Source: Octopus sinensis (lineage: Eukaryota). From it: a stretch of DNA of 17,494 bases. Location: the NCBI RefSeq assembly GCF_006345805.1, contig NW_021824805.1:1-17494 (forward strand). The letters are read 5' to 3'. This document shows, one piece after another, positions 1-9,287 of the stretch; positions within the stretch are counted from its first letter, which is position 1, and every line of letters starts with the position of its first letter. The translations under genes were made by a program, and so were the position numbers. The notes below the pieces were generated by a model, which made no database searches, was not told the DNA's origin, and saw only the letters and a program-made list of their open reading frames with translations.

Positions 1-322
1 CTTCAGTACTTATTTTAAAGTCTGGTGCTTATTATGTCGATTTCTTTTGCTCAACCACTAAGTTACGGTAGTCAGGCAGTGGGGGCAAACACATGCATAC
101 ATAAAAACACACGCATACACACGCACATACATATATACACAAACATAATATATATATATATATATACATGTGACGAGATTCCACACAGTTTCTGTCTACC
201 AAATTCACACATGAGGTATTGGTCGGCCGGAGGCTATAGTAGAAAACTCATGCCCAAGGTGTTGCGCAGTAGGATTGAAATCGAAACCCCGTGATTGTAA
301 AATGAGCTTCTTAACCTCACAG
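1..322 (-). mobile_element. Diverged tRNA-derived CORE-type SINE (octopus OR-like family), cut by the window start
   Basis: Shares blocks with the copies at 9520-9740 and 13959-14347: 'cagtttctgtctaccaaattcac', 'ggtcggccggaggctatagtagaa', 'tgcccaaggtg' and an internal (CA)/(TA) tract. The reverse complement of 'tgcccaagg' resembles the CORE motif 'ccttgggca'. The family name is from memory. Confidence 0.75.
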
Positions 323-460
323 AGATATCTGTACCTGTATATAAGATTTTCAGGAATTTTCAAAATGCAAGTTTGGATGTTATAGTTCTTTTCAGCGTTT
401 TGAATATTGGTTTACGATCCAAGATAGCAAGAAAAGAAAAAATAATTAAAATATTAAATT

Positions 461-1477
461 CGAGGACGGGCAGGGGAGGATAATTGATCCTCATTCATGT
501 TTTGAATTCAGCGGTACTAACATTGAATATTATCTGTCTGATACCGTTAGGTGGAGAGATATGTTCAATTATTCCAGTACCTTCGAATTTAATATTTCAA
601 TATATAATTATTGATGGGGTCCTATGCTGAAGAGGAAAACGGTTGGTAAAGTATAATTCTATATTCTTTATTCCAATCTAATTCCGAAACAAGCGTCCAT
701 AGGTGACCAGATATTGATTGATTTTCGTTACTTCTTCCTCTCTGCCTGTGTAGATTGTTTTCAAGTATTTTGGTTTTTCTGGGAGTCCATTTTTAAAGTA
801 GAAGAAATAGCTAACGTTTTTGGTTGCTATTCCAAACTCGGTATGTGGTAAGGCAAATCTTTGCTGAACCCTAATTATTAATTATACTTTTAAGTTTACC
901 ATGAAATGGTCCTTTTTTCATGCCGAATTGTACTTGGTGAAATTATTGATTACTTCTTAATTAATTAATTTTACCCTTTGTTATTATTGATAATAGAATT
1001 TTCTCCCTGATAACAAACTACAGATTTTTTTCTGTAGTAGTTTACTTGTGGACACACGAGGACGGGCAGGGGAGGGTAATTGAACCTCATTCATGTTTTG
1101 AATTCGGCGGTACTAACACTTAATATTATCTGTCTGATACCGTTAGGTGGAGAGATATGTTCAATTATTCCAGTACCTTCGAATTTAATATTTCAATATT
1201 TAATTATTGATGGGGTACTATGCTGAAGAGGAAAACGGTTGGTAAAGTATAATTCTATATTCTTTATTCCAATCTAATTCCGAAACAAGCGTCCATCGGT
1301 GACCAGATATTGATTGATTTTCGTTACTTCTTCCTCTCTGCCCGTGTGGATTGTTTTCAAGTATTTTGGTTTTTCTGGGAGTCCCTTTTTAAAGTAGAAG
1401 TAGCTAACGTTTTTTGGCTTCTATTTCTAAACTTCGGTATGTGGTAAGGCAAATCTTTGCTGAAGCCTAATTATTAA
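461..1477. repeat. Tandem duplication with a 596-bp period (about 1.7 units): 461-881 repeated at 1057-1477
   Basis: Both copies start 'cgaggacgggcaggggagg' and end 'ggcaaatctttgctgaa.cctaattattaa'. The 596-bp offset holds at both ends; identity is about 95%. The second copy ends at a (TA)n tract. Confidence 0.95.
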
Positions 1478-1478
<1 letters not shown>

Positions 1479-1524
<46 letters not shown>

Positions 1525-1525
1525 A
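1479..1525. repeat. (TA)n microsatellite
   Basis: Directly visible. Confidence 0.95.
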
Positions 1526-1689
1526 GTATAATAATACTCTTGTGTTTTTCCTCCCTCACAATACATGGATGAGAAAGGAAGGGGTGATAGACAAATTAGG
1601 AAGGAAGAGGTAAAAAAAATCAAACAACATTTCAACTCTGTGTGAGTATATGTGTGCATGTACAAGGGAAGTATGTGAATGTATGTGTG

Positions 1690-2317
1690 AACCAGTGTTC
1701 TTTCAGTAACAAACGATGATCGATGTCACATCTCAAAAGACAACCACTAGATAACATTGATAAGTGTATTAATTTAATTTACCATCCATATTTTATCTGT
1801 TTTGTTAAATTATTACAGTCACACACACCTATACAAACATATACATATACAAACTCCTTAAAGAAAATAATTATTGCCTGAGTATATCAAGAATATAAAA
1901 CGACTGCAGTTGAAAGGTATATTATAAATACACATCTTAATTTAACAGTTTATACATGTCCTTAATTTATTTATATTAAGAAATTTTTACCCAGTGTTCT
2001 CTCAGTAACTATACATAAACTAACCAGCATTCTTTCAGTGACAAATAATGATTGATGTCACATCTCAAAATACAACCACTAGAAAACATTGAGAAGCGTA
2101 TTAATTTGAATTACCATCCATATTCTGTCTGTTTTGTTACAAATAATTATTACAATCACACACATCTACACAAACATAAACATATACAAATTCATTAGAA
2201 AAAATAATTATTGCCTGAGTGTATCAAGAATATAAAACGACTACAGTTGAAAAGTATATTATGAATACACATTTAACAGTTCATACACGTGCCTAATTTA
2301 TTTATATTACGAAATTT
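1690..2317. repeat. Older tandem duplication of about 300 bp: 1690-1986 and 2022-2317, with a third short copy of the unit start at 1991-2009
   Basis: Shared blocks 'gatgtcacatctcaaaa.acaaccactaga', 'aaaataattattgcctgagt.tatcaagaatataaaacgact.cagttgaaa' and 'ctaatttatttatatta.gaaattt'. Identity is about 85%. The motif CCAGYRTTCTYTCAGTRAC occurs three times. Confidence 0.9.
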
Positions 2318-2443
2318 AAGTTATAAATTTTGATTAGGGAGTTTTTACAACATCAACTATAAGTCACCGCTTTTTGTGGTATTAAGTGGTATGAGTTTAG
2401 TCTGGTTTCAGTAATGGAGAACGCAATTGAAAGGAAACGTCAC

Positions 2444-2580
2444 TTCGAAAAAGTTGGTATTTACTTGCCAGCTCCCGTATTTTGTCACGGCCAGCTTTAT
2501 GTAGACTTAAGTCGTACATGAAGGGAGGAAAACGTTAAAATTCTTTTGAAGGAAACAAGCAGGCAAAGAATGATAATTGC
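2444..2580 (+). pseudogene. Helitron RepHel PIF1-type helicase C-terminal fragment, decayed
   Basis: Translation from 2444 gives FEKVGIYLPAPVFCHGQLYVDLSRT*REENVKILLKE. This matches the Helitron/PIF1 helicase motif V-VI consensus (G.TF.KVGIYLP.PVF.HGQLYVALSR). There is one in-frame stop. Confidence 0.9.
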
Positions 2581-2705
2581 GGATAGATTTTTTCTTCCAA
2601 AATTTGGTAATAAAAGAATTATTAAACTAAAAACTTGGTTTGTATCTTATTTATATATAAAATACTACAATTATCCGTCATTTCTGATGGCACGGGGCCA
2701 GCAAG
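2444..2705 (+). mobile_element. Helitron 3' end: helicase remnant, subterminal hairpin and CTAG-like terminus; the 5' boundary is unresolved
   Basis: Hairpin ccgtca-tttc-tgatgg at 2675-2690, then 'cacggggccag' and CAAG|T at 2702-2706 (one change from CTAG|T), downstream of the helicase motif. Confidence 0.7.
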
Positions 2706-2707
2706 TA

Positions 2708-3196
2708 TCTATAATAAAAGAAGGAAAATGCACACAGTTTCATAGTTTTAATCGTTCGTGTACAGAAGCTGTTTCCTTGAACTGCACGGTTTTCCTCATC
2801 TACCAGTGCTAGCACAATTAAATAAAGAAAAAATATTTTTCGGAAAATACAAAACACGCCTGAATATGAACGCATAAACAATTTTGGTTTCAGCAAAATT
2901 TTCATTCATGATCGCACATCTAACACTGTACATATTTTACCTCACTACTCATGAGTTTATGTAAATTTATCTCACCCAAAAAGTGTAATCACTAAAAACA
3001 AATGTGCAATTACCTCCCCTGTCCCGAATAATAGCAATCACCAATTACCTCCTCTTCATTTTTTCTACGTGCTGATTCATCTACAAACACTCATTCAAGG
3101 ACATGGACTAAAAACTTAAGAAAATACGAAATTACAATCATTTCAATGTCTTCAATAACGAAACGCGAAACCGGTTGACTATCACATTACTCTACC
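2708..3196 (+). mobile_element. Probable second Helitron, 5' part, starting A|TCTATAATAAAAG; the right boundary is uncertain
   Basis: An A|TC start lies two bases after the previous Helitron terminus. The same 27-nt leader recurs inverted at 4569-4595, also with an A|TC start. No 3' terminus was found. Confidence 0.45.
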
Positions 3197-3204
3197 ATCT
3201 AAAA

Positions 3205-4570
3205 CAGTGTTGCCCAAACTTTTTGCGCCAAATTGCAATATCGGCCAAAAAATGCTCCATCGCCCACCTATATAAAAAAAAACCCTGACACAACCCCCTC
3301 CAAAACAAAATCCCCTAACCCCATCCGTATCATTTGACACACACACTATATTGTAGACTCGTTGCCGTTTGTACTAAATATGCGTTTACAAATCCCTTAT
3401 TGTGGGTTTACTTTTGCCATTAGTGCCAATAAAATTCTAACGTTAACTATATTTTTCAAACAGATTAACTTTTGGAAACTTGCGCTTTCTTTTATACTGA
3501 TCTTCATTTTCCCTAAATGAACCATTGATCAGAACTACTGATGCAAAAATAATTAATGATTGTATCGTAAAGGAAAAGAATATAACTTTTTAATGGGAAC
3601 CATGTGTTCTGGTGCGATGCAACTAGTGCAGATACATTCGGTTTCAAACTTGTCGACTTTAGTCGCAAGTCTCCCCGTGTCACATCCAGTCCAATTCTTT
3701 TATGGGAAAGTAAATTTCCAACATGGTTAAAACAAGATTCAACCAGGTATGAGATAGGGAAGGCAAGCAAAAGTAATTTCAGATGTTTCTACAGACTGGG
3801 GTAGGAATTCAATATACTTTGATGGTACCACAAACCTTCTTTGCCATTACGGCGATATCGCATTGTGGGGTCATTGTCATTTTGTAATTCTATCAATTCC
3901 TACTGAACGTCACCCTCACAATCGACTGCATCGACCTTAAGTGGATTGCAATACGAATTTGGAATATTTAGCGCAATAACATCTTGAAATCGCTCCACCA
4001 TGTTATCATGCAATGATCGTAAATAGCTGTGATATGTAGTTAAATCCTCATCAACTAATTCATCTTTCAAAGAATCAAGTTATGGAAATTGATGAAATTG
4101 ACGTTTTGAAATGTTAGTCTTATACAACACCAATTTCGAAATGAAGGTAGTGATAAATGATTTACAAACAATGAGAGTTTTTCTGTTTCCTTGCAATAAC
4201 TTATTCAAATAATTTAATTTTGTGAATATATCACAAAGAAAAAAGATATTGCATCTTGCAGCCATCAATGAAGCGGAGTATCTTGGAAGAAAGATATTAT
4301 TTGAAACCGTTCAACAAAGTGTAAAACACAGTTTCCTTTTGACAGCCACCACGCTTAAGTATAGTATAAGAGTTTAGTATGGTCCTCATCATTTCTCAGA
4401 CACAGTTGATGGAAAATTCGATCAGACAAGGGACATGACTTCAATTTGTTCACAGTCTTGATAACTAACTGTAGCGCATCATTCAACCTACCGTTCAGGA
4501 GAGATGAAAAACCTCTGTATCTTCTAATTATCGAAGGGGCTCTATCAGACGCACTGGCAAGAATATTACT
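3205..4570 (-). mobile_element. hAT (Buster/Charlie) DNA transposon relic: 3' half of the transposase plus one terminal inverted repeat
   Basis: TIR 'CAGTGTTGCCCAAACTTTTT' starts at 3205. The adjacent 8 bp (atcTAaaa, 3197-3204) fit the Buster nnnTAnnn target consensus. Transposase homology lies on the minus strand. Confidence 0.88.
3590..4570 (-). pseudogene. Decayed Buster/Charlie-type hAT transposase (ZBED8/SCAND3/FAM200-like family)
   Basis: Minus-strand translation: SNILASASDRAPSIIRRYRGF..RLNDALQLVIKTVNKLKSCPLSDRIFHQLCLRNDEDHTKLLYYT*AWWLSKGNC..CDIFTKLNYLNKLLQG..VERFQD..ELIELQND..LAFPISYLVESCFNHVGNLLSHKRIGLDVTRGDLRLKSTSLKPNVSALVASHQ-THGSH*. These correspond to the family motifs TDGAPSM, HTEVRWLSKG, FPSSYLVE and the terminal HPSH. 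Several stops and frameshifts are present. Confidence 0.92.
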
Positions 4571-4600
4571 GCGTGCATTTTCCTTCTTTTATTATACAGA
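4569..4600 (-). mobile_element. Short Helitron-like 5' terminus (A|TCTGTATAATAAAAGAAGGAAAATGCACGCAG)
   Basis: The reverse complement of 4569-4595 matches 2711-2737 at 26 of 27 nt. It starts TC after A. Confidence 0.5.
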
Positions 4601-4889
4601 TTTTGCATTACAACTCACCACGTGGGGATAATCGTTTCGCCGAAATTCTTTTTTTTACTATATATATAATATATATATATATATATGTATATGTTATATA
4701 TGTTATATATATATACATACAAACAGACAAATACATACACACATACATGTATCTACATGTACATATAATTTTAAATTTGATTATACACCTGCTAGTATGC
4801 CGTTCACTGTCTTCGGCTACCTGATGTCATCAACAGTATGGATATAAGTGCCACTGGATTTAATTCAGGAATTCCTTCGCGTTCATCGA

Positions 4890-5359
4890 GTATATAATAT
4901 AGGAGAGAAACAGAAAATGGAATTCATGAGATTCTTTATTAATCACTACGATCGTCTCAAATCATCTTGCATCAGTCCTTCACGGATGAGATTCTATACA
5001 ACTGATTGTGCCGCGTCATTCAGTGCAGATATGCCTCGTCAAGGGATTTTTCAAAAAGTACCTCGCTTATCAATCTCGGCTTCGCATCGTACAAGGGAGA
5101 TCAGATCTACATTCTGTACGCCAGCAACTGGAGGCAAATAACGAAATGCATTATAATCGAAATTAGCAAAACCAGATTTAATGAGAGAAGCACTTTTTGA
5201 AAAGTCACCTGACGAGGTACATCTACACCGAATCATGTACCACAACCGGTTGTGCAGAATCTCACCAGCGAGGGACCGATGCACGATGGGTCAAAACGAT
5301 TGTAGTGATTAATAAAGAATCTTGTGAATTTCATTGTCTCTTTCTCTCATGTTATATAC
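4890..5359. mobile_element. Long imperfect inverted repeat (arms about 4890-5086 and 5165-5359), probably a Penelope-like element 3' end or pLTR pair
   Basis: The arms align at about 70%, e.g. 'agattctttattaatcactac.atcgt' and 'cctcgtca.g.ga.ttttcaaaaagt'. The + frame in the spacer and right arm gives IYILYASNWRQITKCIIIEISKTRFNERSTF*, resembling the C-terminus of Penelope GIY-YIG endonucleases. It is followed by CTGACGA, (G)AAAC-GATT-GTA and AATAAA. The inverted repeat is certain; the family assignment is inference. Confidence 0.55.
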
Positions 5360-5414
5360 ACGTACATATATGTATAAGATTAAATGTCTGTATATAGTTA
5401 TGTATGTTTGCGTT

Positions 5415-5466
<52 letters not shown>

Positions 5467-6151
5467 AAGTCTATATATTTCTATACGGCTTACACATTTA
5501 CAAACACAGACACATACGCCATAACACACATGTACACAAACATATACACACACAAAACATACTCATATATACAATGGTAGCCAGAAGATTTAGAGATGAT
5601 ATTCAATATCAATAAAACAGGAACGGAATAATAGAAAGGTTGAAGTTGAAGAATTAACCAGTGAATGATTCCTAAGAGACGGGGAAACAGAAAGGAAAGT
5701 GTTATATACAATTATATGAAGATATAGTAATAGTCTTTACGGTGTAAAAGTCATAAAATGGAAGAATAAAAAAATGTCCAAGACAATATTGTCCGTATAT
5801 AGTGTTGAGGTTGCCGGAAGTAATATAAAAAAAAGTACGAAGGAAGTAAGGGAAACGAGATAAAGAAAAAGGAAGCAAAACTCCATAATTTTAGAGAAAA
5901 TTTGAAATATAATGAAAGTAGTGGTATTGTGTAACGTTAAATGTATTGAAAATTACGGCGATAAAATTCGTTTAAATGGGAAATATGGCGTCCCACACAG
6001 TACAGACATATTTGTCTGCCTGTCCATCTGTTTGTCTGTCTGCCTGTCTGTCTGTCTCTCCATATGCTTGTTTCACTGTCTGACTCTCTATCATGTTTCA
6101 TATCGACTTTCATGTTCCTCTGACTGATTGTTTCTCTATATGTGTGTTGCC

Positions 6152-6460
6152 TATTCTTTTACATGTTTCACTCATTGAACTACAGTCATGCTGGGGCACT
6201 GTCACAAAGAGCTCAGTCGATTAAATCGACCTCAGTACTTAGGTTTTTTGAATCTAGTATTTCTCCTATTAGTGATTTCTTTGCTGAATCACTTAGTTAC
6301 GGGGATACAAACAAAGCAGCACCAGTTATCAAGCGGTGTATGACAAACGCAAAGACGCAAGAAAGCACACACGGACACAGATACACACACACACCCACCC
6401 ACCCACACAGACACACAAACACGCACACACACACACACACAACACACACACACACACCAC
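6152..6460 (-). mobile_element. CORE-type SINE, 3' half, diverged
   Basis: 'catgtttcactcattgaactacagtcatgctggggcac..tcgacctcagtact..ttgctgaatcacttagttacggggatacaaac' aligns to the 13959-14347 copy and ends in a (CA)n tract. Confidence 0.75.
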
Positions 6461-6484
6461 ACGGAAACTGAAAGAAGCCCATCG

Positions 6485-6534
<50 letters not shown>

Positions 6535-6769
6535 GTGTGTTGTGTGTGTGTGTGTGTGTGTGTGTTTGTGTCTGTGTTTGGCTTCCCCAACACTGCTTGA
6601 TAATTGGTGTTGGTGTCTTTATGTCTCCATAAATTAGGGCTTCGGCAAAGAAGATCGATAGAATAAGTTAGAATTGGGTTCAAAAAAGTACTGAGGTCGA
6701 TTCGTTCGACGAAATATTCAAGGCAGTGCTCCAGCATGGCCACAGTCTAATGACTAAAACTAGTAATAG

Positions 6770-6772
<3 letters not shown>
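6461..6772 (+). mobile_element. CORE-type SINE, 5'-truncated, inverted relative to the adjacent copy
   Basis: 'acggaaactgaaagaagcccatcg-(TA)n(TG)n-..cttcggcaaagaagatcgatagaataag..gtactgaggtcgatt..gtgctccagcatggccacagtctaatgactaaaac' is the reverse complement of the family body. Confidence 0.8.
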
Positions 6773-6810
<38 letters not shown>

Positions 6811-6846
6811 ATAAATCTCTGAGCGAGGTATAAACAGTAACTGCTC

Positions 6847-7072
6847 TATAATATAAGCGGGATCAGCCATCTGAATGTGTTAGGGACAGGGCGGGGTGGT
6901 GGGGGTGTTACTGATGCATTTAGCCCCAGGCGACTATCGACGTCACCAGAAGAGCCGACACCGTGGTGTCGGCTCTTCTGGTGACGTCGATAGTCGCCTG
7001 GGGCTAAATGCATCAGTAACACCCCCACCACCCCGCCCTGTCCCTAGCCACATTCAGATGGCTGATCCCGCT

Positions 7073-7081
<9 letters not shown>
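6847..7081. repeat. Near-perfect palindrome: 116/117-bp arms with a 2-nt centre (GT, 6963-6964)
   Basis: 6847-6962 is the reverse complement of 6965-7081, except at one site (aatgtgTtaggg vs aatgtgGCtaggg). The ORF track shows almost the same peptide on both strands. The segment is GC-rich relative to its flanks. Confidence 0.97.
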
Positions 7082-7113
<32 letters not shown>

Positions 7114-7118
<5 letters not shown>

Positions 7119-7276
7119 CTTTACTACCCACAAGGGGCTAAACACAGAGGGGACAAACAAGGACAGACAAACGGATTAAGCTGATTATATCGACCCCAAT
7201 TTATCGACCCCGAAAGGATGGAAGGCAAAGTCGACCTCGGTGGAATTTGAACTCAGAATGTAGCGGCAGACGAAAT
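7114..7276 (-). mobile_element. Second tRNA-derived SINE family, 5'-truncated, with a small internal deletion
   Basis: Pol III B-box GAGTTCAAATTCC on the minus strand (7242-7254), then 'aggtcgactttgccttccatcctttcggggtcgataa'. I recall this as a conserved SINE central domain (Meta/Nin type; not verified). The 3' end abuts (TA)n. Confidence 0.75.
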
Positions 7277-7848
7277 GTATGTATGTGTGCATGTACTATG
7301 TATGTATGTGTGTGCCTGTACTATGTATGTATGTGTGTGCGTGTGTTGTGCATATATGTATAAATAAACACACAGACACAGACACATCCGTTAATGTACA
7401 AATATAAATATAATTCCAGGAATATAATTTCCTGTTCTAGCACTGTTTATGCATGCATGCATGCATACATACATACATACATACATGCATGCATACATAC
7501 ATACATACATACATACATACATACATACATACATACGTAAATATATACACATGCACATGTATGTGTGTATACACACATACATACTCACACACACACGTAC
7601 GCACACACACACACACACACACACATATATGTCTATATACATATGGGAATATTTTAGTATGTATGCATAAATATATGGGTGTAATAAGTGTATATATGTG
7701 CGAATACTGTCTATCTCTCTGTCTCCTATCCCGCTATAGCTCTCTATATATTATGCTTACGTACGTATGTATACCTGTTTACCTTATACATCATCGGTTG
7801 TGCGTGTATATATATATATATATATATATCTATATATATATATATAAT

Positions 7849-7891
<43 letters not shown>

Positions 7892-7983
7892 CTGTGTGTA
7901 CATACACACATACTCATATTCAATAAATATCTATATACATACACACATACAGGCCATGCTTATGTATGTATGTATCTATCAAT

Positions 7984-8057
<74 letters not shown>

Positions 8058-8095
8058 ATTTATCTATACACACACACATACATACACACACATAT
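7277..8095. repeat. Compound microsatellite field: (TATG)n, (CATA)n, (CA)n, (TA)n, (TG)n, (TCTA)n
   Basis: Directly visible. It explains the overlapping MYVC/HTYI/YLSI ORFs. Confidence 0.95.
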
Positions 8096-9287
8096 GTATT
8101 TATAAATTTTTGTTCATAATATCATCAAACAACATTTTTACAGTCACCTTTACATTAATGGAAAATGATGGAAAACACGAAAATTTACTTCGCATAGAAA
8201 TAAAACAAAGCAAATTAAAATAGAATAAATATATAAATAGAATAAAATATATGTTTATGATATCCAAGAAGAAATTTAAAACAAATGGAAGTAGAGAAGT
8301 AAAACCTGATGAATTTTAGCCTTAAAATGTGACCGAAAATAGTAGAACAAGTTGTTGACGACGAATAAATGGAAACATGCTGATGAATTTCAGGAACAAA
8401 ATTGAATGCAGAAATTTGTTGGAGAGAAGCACGTCTGTTTTCTCGAAAAACTGACCGAGCTATGAATATTCGATTTTTATCGACATTGATTAATTCTGGT
8501 GATATCGCTTCTGAATCACATTTGCTGTATTAAACACGTAAAAAGAAAAATTTGAAATAAAATAAAGCCATGTCGACAGGCAAATATAAAATGATTGCGA
8601 CAAATTCATCTTAGCCAGGCGGCAAAAATTCAAACAAATTATTTTCATAGAGTGTTGTATTTGATTAAATTTGTTTTTCTCCATCAGATTTTTGTTTTTA
8701 TATTTTATCTCTGAAACTAATAGTGTCTGCTGGTTAGGTTTTTTGAAAGGAACATATTCCGATGGAATGTATTCAATTTTAATGTCACAGTCTTAGCATG
8801 ATCTTTCTGTTTATTAATTTGATAACAGTCATGTTGAAAAGAAGAATTTAAAAGTATGAATAGCAGTTGATGTAGCTTTGTAAAGGACAACGAGAAGAGG
8901 CATCCGTCGCCATCTTAATAATGTTTGTAATCATTACAAATATTTCAACATTATTTAACAATAGAATTCTGAATCTGTTTTCTAGAGGTTAGAATATAAA
9001 ATATTATTGTATGATTTCTCAGCCAGAACGTTGTTATTCTATTGTTATCTGGATTTAATATAAACTTAAAACTTGTCATATGTGGAACGTTTCAAGAAAA
9101 TAGATTGGCAAATTGAATCAGATTCAATAACAATAGAAATGAAAGACTCATTCTGTTAATGACAGAAATTAAAGGAACACGATTTTGTGTTCAATAGTTT
9201 GTACGAAAGTTAGAGTAGCAAGCAAGATGGCAGAAAGAATAAAACACGGAACTAAGTTTCAAATATAATTTAGCTAGTTTCTTTCTG

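Noticed and set aside
461-2317. Repeated units as a CRISPR-like array or an rRNA/tRNA gene cluster
   Set aside because: The units are hundreds of bp long with no repeat-spacer pattern and no rRNA or tRNA features. The only Pol III boxes in the window belong to SINE heads.
4791-4820. Minus-strand gccg..cggc followed by CTAG, resembling a Helitron 3' end
   Set aside because: The stem is only 4 bp with an 11-nt loop, and CTAG is followed by C rather than T.
6846-7141. Nearly identical peptides (MVGVLLMHLAPGDY..) encoded on both strands
   Set aside because: This is an automatic consequence of the DNA palindrome, not evidence of coding.
6297-8223. Many overlapping ORFs rich in HT, CV, YI, MYVC and YLSI repeats (also 13208-13498, 14608-15776, 16534-17281)
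   Set aside because: These are translations of stop-free microsatellites and carry no protein signal.
8300-8420. Two CTGATGA motifs followed by GAAA (hammerhead-like)
   Set aside because: Helix II does not abut GAAA, and no helix III/NUH or helix I can be formed.
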